Origin: an uncultured bacterium
GTDB lineage: Bacteria > Patescibacteriota > Dojkabacteria > J137
NCBI GenBank assembly: GCA_963700155.1
Contig: OY969472.1
Span: forward strand, 253,511-317,510
DNA: 64,000 nucleotides
Reading direction: 5' to 3'
The translations under genes and the position numbers were made by a program. Numbering within the stretch: the first letter of the stretch is position 1; every line of letters starts with the position of its first letter. Below, piece after piece: positions 8,786 to 18,328 of this stretch. The notes beneath the pieces were generated by a model. It had not been told where the DNA came from. It made no database searches and saw only the letters and a program-made list of their open reading frames with translations.

Positions 8786-10564
8786 ATGCTTCCAAAAAAA
8801 TGGTTGGTTATTATTGGAACAACCTCAGGTGTATTATCAATATTTTTAATTGGATTATTTTTATTATCTACTCTAGGATTTTTAGGAGGAAAGCCAAATC
8901 TTACTGATGAAGAAAAGCAAAAGATTTTAAGTGAAATTATTAAAAATAATTCATCTAATGTTTTAGGTAAAAATGGAGCTAGCGGAGCTCAAGATACATC
9001 ACTAGCACCAAATGCAGATAAAGAAAGTATGTTAACTGCTCCTTTGATAGCAAGGCCAAACACACAAGATTATAAATATAGATATTCTAAAATTGTTTAT
9101 TCTAATGGCCCAGCAATTGGACAATGTAAATTCTTTGATATAAATGATGCCGGAGCTTATACAAGCGAATCATATGAATATTATGGTGATGGGAATACTT
9201 ATGATTCAAAATATATTACAAAAGATTCTGACAATGATTTAACTTCATATTCATTAACTAGAACTAATACTAATAATTCAGAAACAGTAATTTATTCAGG
9301 AGGAAGTTATGCAGTCAGAACAAGTTATACTTTCAGTGATCTTTTACTTCCTGAAAATTCTAATTCAGCAACTGAAAACTCAACTGCACCGAATGAACCA
9401 ACAACAGTACAAGAAAATGATTCAACTTCAACAGATCAAGTCAGCGGAGATCTAATTGCTCAGTTTTTTGGTCCAGATGCTGACGTTGTAAATATAATCA
9501 CTGAGAATGGCAAAGATTATTATGTTGTACAATACAGCTATAACGTTGACTGCTCAATTGATGCAAAAATTTTGCCATATACTGTAGATTCAATAGGCAC
9601 AACTAGCCTAAACTCAACTTCCCAAAATCAGACCACGAATAAAATTTTTGCACAAAATATAGTTGATTCTACCAATTTCCAAATTATCAGAAGTTATAAC
9701 TATTTAGGAAGTGTTAGTGATAATAATTTACTTAATAGTTATCAAACAACAATACAGGAAAGTAATCCTGCGTTTGAAGATGTCAGTAACAATTTTAAAT
9801 TTGATTATAATGTAGATATAAAAGATGTTGTTTATCCACCATATACTTTAGAACAACAAACTCAGAATATTATTGATTATTTAACAGGCAAAAAGCTTAC
9901 TCTAATTGTTTCAGATATATCAGGTTCAACATTAACATCAGCTTATTCCTACGAAGCTTCCAGAATAGGACAAGAAAATGCAGATTATATTTATGATCGG
10001 AACTTTTATCCACAAGGTGCAAAAGGAGATAAGCTTTTTGCCCCATTCAAAGATTCTCAGAATCTTTATCCCAATCCAATAGTATCTTTATCTTATTTAC
10101 TTAATCAAAGTTCTACATATGATCTGATTAGTATCAATGCATATGAAAATAATATAGATTCTTCAAAAATTCTTTATACAACTTCTGATACAAAAAAATC
10201 AGATATGAATATTAATATTGATGGTGTAAATCAAAAAGGAACTTTGTATACAACTTCGTATAATGCTGCTGTTAATACGAGTGATTCAAGTACAGAAGTA
10301 ACTCCACCTTCATCAGGTAGCACATATTCTACTAAACAGCTTTATATTGAATTTAAAGGTATTAAATATATTATTAGTTTCCCAACAAGAACAGATTTTG
10401 ATTTGAATAATTTAAAATTCAAGACGATTTCAACAACAAACTCAACTCAGATGAGTGATTTAAAAACTCAGATTAATAATGTTTATAACGGAAGTGGAGC
10501 TGGAGTTTCAGGAAGCGGTTCATCGAGTTCCGGCTCCGCCGGAACTCCCGAATCAATAAAATAA
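8786..10564 (+). CDS. Large membrane-anchored extracellular protein (Ser/Thr/Asn-rich)
   Basis: N-terminal TM followed by a long polar beta-rich region and a Gly/Ser tail. Confidence 0.75.
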   Translation: MLPKKWLVIIGTTSGVLSIFLIGLFLLSTLGFLGGKPNLTDEEKQKILSEIIKNNSSNVLGKNGASGAQDTSLAPNADKESMLTAPLIARPNTQDYKYRYSKIVYSNGPAIGQCKFFDINDAGAYTSESYEYYGDGNTYDSKYITKDSDNDLTSYSLTRTNTNNSETVIYSGGSYAVRTSYTFSDLLLPENSNSATENSTAPNEPTTVQENDSTSTDQVSGDLIAQFFGPDADVVNIITENGKDYYVVQYSYNVDCSIDAKILPYTVDSIGTTSLNSTSQNQTTNKIFAQNIVDSTNFQIIRSYNYLGSVSDNNLLNSYQTTIQESNPAFEDVSNNFKFDYNVDIKDVVYPPYTLEQQTQNIIDYLTGKKLTLIVSDISGSTLTSAYSYEASRIGQENADYIYDRNFYPQGAKGDKLFAPFKDSQNLYPNPIVSLSYLLNQSSTYDLISINAYENNIDSSKILYTTSDTKKSDMNINIDGVNQKGTLYTTSYNAAVNTSDSSTEVTPPSSGSTYSTKQLYIEFKGIKYIISFPTRTDFDLNNLKFKTISTTNSTQMSDLKTQINNVYNGSGAGVSGSGSSSSGSAGTPESIK

Positions 10565-11113
10565 TCAGCTTTCTTCAATTCCATAATGAGTTGGATAATC
10601 ATGTTCTCTTTCCAAACCTGTTGGCCACATTTCGCTTAAATTTGTTGTGTCACCAGTTCTTCTAAAAGATCCTTTACTCCAAAATCTACTAATTATTCTT
10701 GGTGGATATGTAAGTAATTTTGCTGAAGATCTCACTCGAGTACGAGTCCAAATTAAAGGTCCTCGTAAGCCAAAATTGACTTTTATATTTTTCTTTTCTA
10801 GTTCTTCTAGCAATAAAGTAACAAATTCATCTACTTTTGGATGGAATTTCTCATCATTATTAGACATATACAATCCAATAAGCTCAATATATTTTCTTCT
10901 CAACACTGGAGTAAAATCAAATATATTTATTCCGTATTTAATTTCGTTTCTACCGTATGGGAGCCAACGTGAATCTCCTAAAACTTGCATAATATCATTA
11001 TTTTCAGATTCTGATAAATCAGGGAATTCTATTGCAACTAATTCAGCTAATTTTTGTCTATTTTCAATAATATCATCAGGTTTGCCATATGCTGGAGATT
11101 TTGAATCAGGCAT
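10565..11113 (-). CDS. Hypothetical protein
   Basis: 182-aa ORF starting 2 nt after the leuS stop on the same strand. Confidence 0.6.
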   Translation of the reverse strand: MPDSKSPAYGKPDDIIENRQKLAELVAIEFPDLSESENNDIMQVLGDSRWLPYGRNEIKYGINIFDFTPVLRRKYIELIGLYMSNNDEKFHPKVDEFVTLLLEELEKKNIKVNFGLRGPLIWTRTRVRSSAKLLTYPPRIISRFWSKGSFRRTGDTTNLSEMWPTGLEREHDYPTHYGIEES

Positions 11114-11115
11114 TT

Positions 11116-14100
11116 TTAGATAATAAAATTTATTACCTTATTTTTAACATAGATTACCTTTTTTGGTTCAACTTCAACATACTTTTTAACTTTTTCATCA
11201 TTTAATGCAATTGATTTTACTGCGTCTTCTTCACTATCATGATCGACTTCAATTATTGCTCTTACTTTTCCATTAATTTGAATTGCAATTTTTACCATCT
11301 CATTCTTTACTAAGCTTGAATCAAATTCCGGCCAGTTCTGCTGATGAATACTATATTCATTTCCTAATTGAGCCCATAACTCTTCAGTTATAAATGGCGC
11401 AAATGGAGCCAGTAATAACAAGAATGTCTCCCAAACTTCTTTAGAAATTGAACTTTCTTTTGTTAAAAAGTTAGTAAACTCCATAAATTTTGCAACTGAA
11501 GTATTGAAAGACAAATGCTCAATATCATCTGAAACTTTTTTAACTAATTTATTAACTTCCGAATTCTGGCTCTCATTTGCGCCTTCAGAAACTTTATCTT
11601 TCAAATCCCAAACTCTACTCAAAAATCTTAGCACTCCATTTTCTGCTCTGTCATTCCAAGGTTTTGCTTCTTCTAATGGCCCAATAAACATTTCATACAT
11701 TCTTACTGCATCTGCTCCAAATTTCTTGATTTCATCATCTGGATTTATTACGTTTCCCCATCTTTTACTCATCTTTCTTCCATCAGGTCCTAGGATAGTT
11801 CCCATGTGTCGCATTTTATAGAATGGTTCATCAAAGTTTATTATTCCTTGATCAAAAAAGAATTTTGTAAAGAATCTTGAATATAATAAATGTAAAACTG
11901 TGTGTTCTGGACCTATCATATACAGGTCAGTAGGCAGCCAGTAATTTGTTGTAGTTAAGTATCCTTTTAGAAATTCAATATACTCTGGATTTTCTTTCCA
12001 TTCATACAATTTTATTAATAACCAGATAGGAGCTATATCGAATTCATAACCATCTATTTTGCTTCTCAAATGATTCTCTTCGAAAGGGAAAATTAATCCA
12101 TCAAATGAATCCATTATCTCGACTTCAATATTATTATGTTCAAAAACATATTTTTTATTTCGTTCAAACTGTTTAGTTCTGATAAATTTATAACCATTTT
12201 TCTCAAGTAAATCTTTTGCTTCATCATGTTTAATTTTTTCTACAATAATATCAATGTCATTATGTTCTTTAATAAATTTCCTATTCAGTGCAGATACTGC
12301 TAATGAACCAAATAATGTATTCTTGATGTTATTATTATTTAATAATTTTATAACTTTAGCTGCTTCACTAATTATTTTTGAATTCATTTCATTATTGGGA
12401 ATTTCAGGTAGACTAACCTTCGGAGTTTCAAAGATTTCACTTTCATTATGAGCATCACAGAATCTAAAGTAGTACCAGCTTGAATCAACAAATGTATCCA
12501 TTGTATCGACTTCATAATGCCAGCCTTTGCCATACTTTTCTTCAGCTTGCTTTTTGAATGATTTAGAAGTTGCAATAGGAGATTCTCCATGTGGTAAAAA
12601 GTCTACATCAGTTGGAAGAACCAATGGCAGATCTGATTCATCTAATGGATGAGCATTCCCTTCTGGGTCGTAAACTATTGGAATTGGGCAACCCCAATAT
12701 CTTTGCCTTGAGACTAACCAATCTCTTAACCTATAAGTTGTAACCTTTTCTCCTAAATTATTTTCTTTTAACCAACTCTGCATTTTTTCAATAGCTTCCT
12801 CTGATCTCATCCCTGTATATTCTCCAGAATCGAATAAAATTCCATTGTCAATGAATAAAGAAGTTTCAGTTAACTCAGATTCAATGTTTTTATCATTTCC
12901 AAGCTCAATATTCTTTGCAATAGCTCTTTTAGTAGCATATATCCAATGCTCAATTTCATTTTCAGAACTTAAACTTTCTAATAACTCTTTACCTGTAAAC
13001 CATTTTTCAATCATATCTTCATGAGCTTCTCGATGAGACTCAGCAAAATCATTATCATCAACTATTATTAAATAGAAAGTCCCTTCGGCAAATCTTTGAA
13101 CTTTTTTCCCATTATGCCAATAGTTTGAATATATTTTAGGAACTACAACATATAAATCTTGAACACTCTTAATTCCGACCTCTTCATTTATCTCTCTTTT
13201 AATAGCATTATCTCCAGACTCTCCTTCATTTTTGCCACCACCAACTAATGTAACCAAATCTGGGTTCTTTGGCCAAGTTAAAGCCAAATATTTCTGATTT
13301 GATTTGTTAAAAATTAAGCATGACACTCCATCTACAAAAACAGAATTTTCTTTATGTTCTCCATATTCACTTGCTATAACTTCTTTGATTGAAATATCAT
13401 ATTTCTTTGCAAACTCATTATCTCTTTCATCATGTGCAGGAACAGCCATAATTGCACCAGTTCCATATGTCATTAAAACGTAATCTGCTGTAAATACAGG
13501 AATTTCTGCATCATTGAAAGGATTTATTGCAGAAATTCCTTCCAACTTTACCCCTGTCTTTTCTTTTTCAGTTTGTCTTTCTAAATCTGTTAGATTTTTA
13601 GATTTAGTTATATATTTTTCAACTTCTGAATAATTTGAGATCTCGGATTTCATTCTTTCTATAATAGGATGTTCGGGAGCTACAACCATGAATGTTGCAC
13701 CATAAATAGTATCTATTCTTGTTGTAAAAATCTCTATTTCAGATTCGATATCTGAACCTTTAACTTTAAATTTAACTTTTGTTCCCTCACTTTTCCCTAT
13801 CCAGTTTCTCTGTTGAGTTTTTGTACTTTCTGGCCAATCAACTTTGTCTAAATCGGCATCCAATCTGTCTGCAAAATCTGTAATTTTAAAAAACCATTGC
13901 TCTAAATTCTTCTGAATAACTTCTGTCCCACATCTTTCGCATTTCCCCTCAATTACCTGCTCATTTGCCAAAACAGTCTGATCTTTTGGGCACCAGTTTA
14001 CGGGAGCCTTCTTTTTGTAAGCTAATCCATTTTTATACAATTGTAAGAATATCCATTGAGTCCATCTATAATAATCAGGTCTGTGAGCTCCAACTTCCTT

Positions 14101-14478
14101 ATCCCAGTCAACTGAAATTCCAACGTTATTAATCTGATGAATAAAAGTTTTTATTGCATCTTCTGTAGATTTTTCAGGAGGAGTTCCAGTTTTTATAGCA
14201 TAATTTTCTGCAGGCAATCCAAATGAATCCCAACCCATTGGTAAAGTAACATTACGACCTTTCATTCTGTAATATCTTGCAGCAATATCATTTGCTACCA
14301 TTCCTTCTACATGTCCAACATGCAAACCTGCTCCGGATGGATATGGGAATGAGTACAAAGAGTAAAATTTCTCTTTATCCTTATTGAGTTCTGGAGTGGC
14401 ATATAATTTGTCTTTAATCCATTTTTCCTTCCATTTTGATTCATAGTCAGAAGGATTGAAAATTTTCTCCTTACTCAT
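11116..14478 (-). CDS. leuS: Leucine--tRNA ligase with inserted Nudix and nucleotidyltransferase domains
   Basis: FPYPSGAGLHVGH (HIGH), GWDSFGLPAEN, CP1 editing motifs (IFTTRIDT, GTGAIMAVPAHD), DWLVSRQRYWG, DTMDTFVDSSWY, KMSKR; 1120 aa is well above the usual size. Confidence 0.96.
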   Translation of the reverse strand: MSKEKIFNPSDYESKWKEKWIKDKLYATPELNKDKEKFYSLYSFPYPSGAGLHVGHVEGMVANDIAARYYRMKGRNVTLPMGWDSFGLPAENYAIKTGTPPEKSTEDAIKTFIHQINNVGISVDWDKEVGAHRPDYYRWTQWIFLQLYKNGLAYKKKAPVNWCPKDQTVLANEQVIEGKCERCGTEVIQKNLEQWFFKITDFADRLDADLDKVDWPESTKTQQRNWIGKSEGTKVKFKVKGSDIESEIEIFTTRIDTIYGATFMVVAPEHPIIERMKSEISNYSEVEKYITKSKNLTDLERQTEKEKTGVKLEGISAINPFNDAEIPVFTADYVLMTYGTGAIMAVPAHDERDNEFAKKYDISIKEVIASEYGEHKENSVFVDGVSCLIFNKSNQKYLALTWPKNPDLVTLVGGGKNEGESGDNAIKREINEEVGIKSVQDLYVVVPKIYSNYWHNGKKVQRFAEGTFYLIIVDDNDFAESHREAHEDMIEKWFTGKELLESLSSENEIEHWIYATKRAIAKNIELGNDKNIESELTETSLFIDNGILFDSGEYTGMRSEEAIEKMQSWLKENNLGEKVTTYRLRDWLVSRQRYWGCPIPIVYDPEGNAHPLDESDLPLVLPTDVDFLPHGESPIATSKSFKKQAEEKYGKGWHYEVDTMDTFVDSSWYYFRFCDAHNESEIFETPKVSLPEIPNNEMNSKIISEAAKVIKLLNNNNIKNTLFGSLAVSALNRKFIKEHNDIDIIVEKIKHDEAKDLLEKNGYKFIRTKQFERNKKYVFEHNNIEVEIMDSFDGLIFPFEENHLRSKIDGYEFDIAPIWLLIKLYEWKENPEYIEFLKGYLTTTNYWLPTDLYMIGPEHTVLHLLYSRFFTKFFFDQGIINFDEPFYKMRHMGTILGPDGRKMSKRWGNVINPDDEIKKFGADAVRMYEMFIGPLEEAKPWNDRAENGVLRFLSRVWDLKDKVSEGANESQNSEVNKLVKKVSDDIEHLSFNTSVAKFMEFTNFLTKESSISKEVWETFLLLLAPFAPFITEELWAQLGNEYSIHQQNWPEFDSSLVKNEMVKIAIQINGKVRAIIEVDHDSEEDAVKSIALNDEKVKKYVEVEPKKVIYVKNKVINFII

Positions 14479-14698
14479 CTTTAAAATATAATATTTAGAA
14501 ATTATTGCTACAAAGGCAATTATACAATAAAAAGAAGGTAATTAAGAAACTAAGTTTAATTGATAAAAATTAACAAAAAGTTTTACTTAAAATTAATCTT
14601 AACTTCACAATAGTTTCATCTATTAGATATATATTCTTAAATAGTCAGTACTGAAAAAATATTTTTTAGTTTAACTACAATGAATCAAGAATATAAAG

Positions 14699-14723
14699 AA
14701 GGCGGGGCTTTCAGCCCCGCCTT
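14699..14723 (-). terminator. Intrinsic terminator of the RRM gene
   Basis: AAGGCGGGGCT-gaa-AGCCCCGCCTT followed by CTTTATATT on the minus strand. Confidence 0.8.
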
Positions 14724-14746
14724 TCACAACTCTAATTTCCAAAAGC

Positions 14747-15307
14747 TTATGAAGCCCATGAATCTGTTGAGTTAAAATCATCTCTTCTATTGAAGTTATC
14801 CCTTCTGTTAAATCCTCCAGTTCTTCTATCTCCACCTCTTCGATCACCACCGCCAAATGTTCTTCTTGGTCTGTCTTCTCTTGGAGTCATATCTTTTAAT
14901 TGAACTCTGATTTCTCTTCCGTCCAATTCTGATCCATTTAAATTGTCAACGGCTTTCTGAGCTTCTTCAGGAGTAGCTAATGTTACAAATCCATATCCTC
15001 TTGATCTTTTAGTATCAGGATATCTTGCAACTGTAACTGCTCTTCTTGAAAATTCTCTTCCAGTCATATCATTTTTTACCATTTCATCTTCTCCGATTTG
15101 AAGACCTGCATCTTCAAAATGCTTTCGAAGTGATTCATCTGTTGTTGCCCATGCTAGGCTTCCAACAAATACAACATTTGTTGATCCGTTTGCTGGTGCT
15201 GCTGTTGGTTTTGTATCTTCAGCAGGCATTGTTGTTTCTTCTGTAGTGTCATTAGCTGTATCTTCAGTAGTTTCATCTACAGGTGTTTTTGTCATATCTT
15301 CGTCCAT
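14747..15307 (-). CDS. RRM (RNP-1) RNA-binding protein with acidic N-terminus and Arg/Gly-rich tail
   Basis: RNP2 VFVGSL, RNP1 RGYGFVTL, LNGSELDGREIRV, tail GGGDRRGGDRR. Confidence 0.9.
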   Translation of the reverse strand: MDEDMTKTPVDETTEDTANDTTEETTMPAEDTKPTAAPANGSTNVVFVGSLAWATTDESLRKHFEDAGLQIGEDEMVKNDMTGREFSRRAVTVARYPDTKRSRGYGFVTLATPEEAQKAVDNLNGSELDGREIRVQLKDMTPREDRPRRTFGGGDRRGGDRRTGGFNRRDNFNRRDDFNSTDSWAS

Positions 15308-15490
15308 TTAATATAAATAATAATAAAAAAATAATTTTCGTGCTAAATAGGGAAATTGATTCCGAGAGAATATTTGTGTATCTATTCGGAGGTCAATTTA
15401 CTTCTAAAGATGACGCTACAACCTATAACCTCCTTTCGAACTTTAAGCGCATAAATTTAAACATAACTTTAGTACTATAGCAACTATAAC

Positions 15491-15522
15491 GATTATAGCA
15501 CAAAGGGTTGTAGTGGCAAGAG
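15491..15522 (-). promoter_or_regulatory. Sigma70-type promoter, copy A of a 32-bp repeat
   Basis: TTGCCA-N16-TATAAT with TG extension; 29/32 identical to 17154-17185. Confidence 0.75.
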
Positions 15523-15532
15523 ATTTAAATTG

Positions 15533-16048
15533 TTATATCTCTGGATATATAGATTCTTCTATTAGAGCTGAAATTACATCTAGTAATCCTTCAATTGTTG
15601 TTACTCTTTTAAATTCTGGATTATCTGGAGTTTTATTTCTGTTTATTTCCTGTAGCTTTTTTCTAATTTTTATTCTGCCATTTTTATCAAGCAAGTAATG
15701 TCTTAACAACTCTTCGGTAAAATGATATCTTTTTGAAATGTTTGGATCAGATAAAATATCTCTGTAAGATCTTCGATACCATTCATATGTCCATACACCC
15801 TCCTGCTCTAATAATGAAACCAAGTAAACAATTCTCTCATTGTAATCTAAATCGTTAAGATCAATTCCATCATTTTTTAACTCGCTTAGTTTTCGCATTA
15901 TATAAACCCATATATCATCTTCAAAATATCTACTAAAATACTCCTCATTGAGTGAATATTTAAGTAATAACTCTTCATCAACTTGTACTTCCTTCCCAAA
16001 ACGAAATCTGTAAGTTAATGTATTATCCACTTTTGAATCGTAAATCAT
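15533..16048 (-). CDS. Hypothetical protein
   Basis: 171-aa ORF. Confidence 0.6.
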   Translation of the reverse strand: MIYDSKVDNTLTYRFRFGKEVQVDEELLLKYSLNEEYFSRYFEDDIWVYIMRKLSELKNDGIDLNDLDYNERIVYLVSLLEQEGVWTYEWYRRSYRDILSDPNISKRYHFTEELLRHYLLDKNGRIKIRKKLQEINRNKTPDNPEFKRVTTIEGLLDVISALIEESIYPEI

Positions 16049-16059
16049 ATATATATATA

Positions 16060-17121
16060 TTATACTAAATAACTAAATAGTTCACTAGAAAGTAGCTCTA
16101 CTTGATCTATTTCATAAGATGAATCATCCTTATCAAGATTAATTAAAACAATATTATTTTCGACAAGTCCAATATATAAATCTTCTGGTTGGAAATTAAT
16201 ATCAAGGTTAGTTAGAATATTTACAAATAAATTTCTAATAATGTTCTCTAGATTATTTTTCCATAGTAAATAGTTTTGCATATTTTCAGGCAAATATTCT
16301 GGCATATAAATTAAATTTATTACTTCATCTTTTATATTTCCACCAGAAAACCCAGCACTAGCTAATTCTCTCAAAATATCAGTTTTATAAGCAGGTGAAT
16401 TCAACATATATCTAATAGTATCAATATTAAATTCTAGACCTAATCTTTTGATATTAAAAACAAATAGCTCAGCCAAATCAATATAGATTTCTCTTGTAGT
16501 TTGAACTTCCCATGGTCCTTTTGCTTGAACTTCTAAATTTTTACCTATTCGATCTTCATTTATCCTAAATGTATTAGCTTTAGCCAATACTGATCTTTGC
16601 GCAAAAAAATCTTTCAAATTTAAGATCGTCTTTAGTGTAATTTCTAACATATTAACATCAAATATATTTAGATTAACAATAGCTGATGGCTCAATTTTAT
16701 CTACTGCTATAAAATCCTTGTTATCCACTACTTTCTCAACATAAAATCCAAGTGCCGAAAGTACATTTAAAGCTATGTAACTACTAAAATCCTCTGAATC
16801 ATAAACCTTTTTTTCTCTAGATATTAATTCACTAATGATTTTAAAACACTCGTTAAGAATTGAAGCAACTTTATCAGATATAAGGTAAATTTCATTAAAC
16901 AGGGCAGTTTGCTCACTTAGTTCAACACTTCTATTTTTAAAAATATTTCTAATTTCTAAAACTCTTTCAGATAAAGTAATACTTTCTTCCATCAATACAC
17001 ATAATTGCTCATAATCAGGACCATTGTTTTTTAACTCTTCAACTCTTTTTCGGATAGATTTTATCTGATCACTATCAGCCATAGAAGTTATATGTGAATC
17101 AACTTTCTTCTTGTCGGGCAT
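16060..17121 (-). CDS. Hypothetical helical protein
   Basis: 353-aa ORF, no recognised motif. Confidence 0.7.
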   Translation of the reverse strand: MPDKKKVDSHITSMADSDQIKSIRKRVEELKNNGPDYEQLCVLMEESITLSERVLEIRNIFKNRSVELSEQTALFNEIYLISDKVASILNECFKIISELISREKKVYDSEDFSSYIALNVLSALGFYVEKVVDNKDFIAVDKIEPSAIVNLNIFDVNMLEITLKTILNLKDFFAQRSVLAKANTFRINEDRIGKNLEVQAKGPWEVQTTREIYIDLAELFVFNIKRLGLEFNIDTIRYMLNSPAYKTDILRELASAGFSGGNIKDEVINLIYMPEYLPENMQNYLLWKNNLENIIRNLFVNILTNLDINFQPEDLYIGLVENNIVLINLDKDDSSYEIDQVELLSSELFSYLV

Positions 17122-17153
17122 ATGGAGTAATTAAATACTTATTATTGGTAAAA

Positions 17154-17185
17154 GATTATATCACAAAGGGTTGGAGCGGCAAGAG
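17154..17185 (-). promoter_or_regulatory. Sigma70-type promoter, copy B of the 32-bp repeat
   Basis: TTGCCG-N16-TATAAT with TG extension. Confidence 0.75.
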
Positions 17186-17195
17186 TTTCATACTT

Positions 17196-17771
17196 TTATT
17201 TATGATCTAATTTATCAAATAAGAATCCTGTAAAAGCATCTATTTCTTCTTGAGCAGATTTTAGCCATTTCAATCGTTCATTCTTTTCTTTTAGTTTAAT
17301 AACAAAATCTCCTGTTGGATGTAGCCGATAGCCACCTAATCCTTCATCACCTATTGAACTTATAATAAGTCTTGTCCCAGAATTAGGAATTCTTTTAGAA
17401 TAAAACTCTTCAACTAAAGTTAATAAGCTATTTGCTTCTTTCAAATTTGAAGCTTTAGGAATTTTACATAATTCAGCATACTCTTTCTGATATTTTACAT
17501 TTGAGTAATCTTTAGACATCAATTTTATTACTCTTTCAACCTCATTATTATTTTCAAATTCTAAAGATTCATTCGAGCTAATATCAAGATATGGTGTTCT
17601 TCCATCAGAATGACCTGCACATGAACCGGTAGTTATAAATTTATGCACACGTAGAGCCGCTACCAGTAAACGAATCTTTTTATCCACAGGTTTTCCTAAA
17701 CCATCTCTTATCTTATCTACTATTTCTAATTCCTGTGTGACTTTATCATTCATGCTTAGCATCTTTATCAA
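17196..17771 (-). CDS. Hypothetical protein with Tyw3-like TTxSCxGH motif
   Basis: VDKKIRLLVAAL...ITTGSCAGH; the true start may be the downstream Met (MNDK). Confidence 0.6.
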   Translation of the reverse strand: MIKMLSMNDKVTQELEIVDKIRDGLGKPVDKKIRLLVAALRVHKFITTGSCAGHSDGRTPYLDISSNESLEFENNNEVERVIKLMSKDYSNVKYQKEYAELCKIPKASNLKEANSLLTLVEEFYSKRIPNSGTRLIISSIGDEGLGGYRLHPTGDFVIKLKEKNERLKWLKSAQEEIDAFTGFLFDKLDHK

Positions 17772-18237
17772 TAAAATCTAAAAATTCCTCATTCAACTTT
17801 TCATTAGTAGTATATTCCATAAATTTTTTAATCTTTTTCAAATGTTCTCTCTCCATTCTTGTAAAAATATGATTTTTCCCATGGGACTTTTCTCTATTTT
17901 TTATAGCTTTCTTAATACACTTATATGCATCATCATATCTATCCATATGTTCATAAATCATTGCTAAATCGCCGTAAATAGGTCCTAGATATTTTCTTTC
18001 CTCTCCAGAGAGTTTTTCACCTTCTTTCACCGCTCGAAGCATTATCTCTACTGCTTGTTCATATCTTCTTATAAAGAAAAATTCCATTCCTAAAGTATGC
18101 CATATATCATCACTAACAGAATTTCCTTCTGAATATTTCACTGTTTCAACATATAAAGCTTCTAGTAATTCAATTTCCTTATCATTAAGTTTAGAAATTT
18201 TATTTATTTTTTTGTAAAAAACTTTATCAAAATCCAT
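17746..18237 (-). CDS. Tetratricopeptide-repeat protein
   Basis: WHTLGMEFF..YEQAVEIMLRA and YGDLAMIYEHMDRYDDAYKCIKKAI..GKNH (kinesin-light-chain-like TPRs). Confidence 0.75.
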   Translation of the reverse strand: MDFDKVFYKKINKISKLNDKEIELLEALYVETVKYSEGNSVSDDIWHTLGMEFFFIRRYEQAVEIMLRAVKEGEKLSGEERKYLGPIYGDLAMIYEHMDRYDDAYKCIKKAIKNREKSHGKNHIFTRMEREHLKKIKKFMEYTTNEKLNEEFLDFIDKDAKHE

Positions 18238-18284
18238 TGTATATATTACTAAGATAGAATTACTGTAATTATAACAGTATTTTA

Positions 18285-18328
18285 GGGCTGAGCTATGCTC
18301 AGCCCCTGTAGCTGAGCGAATCAGCTAC
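18285..18328. terminator. Two adjacent GC-rich hairpins at the 3' end of the small gene
   Basis: GGGCTGAGC-tat-GCTCAGCCC and GTAGCTGA-gcgaa-TCAGCTAC (the latter includes the stop codon). Confidence 0.6.

Noticed and set aside
10647-12590. ORFs 10647-11123, 11504-11821, 12254-12451 and 12384-12590
   Set aside because: Antisense or out-of-frame shadows of leuS and its downstream gene.
11950-13370. LeuRS inserts as inteins or introns
   Set aside because: No intein terminal residues (C/S...HN), no homing-endonuclease motif, and the reading frame is uninterrupted.
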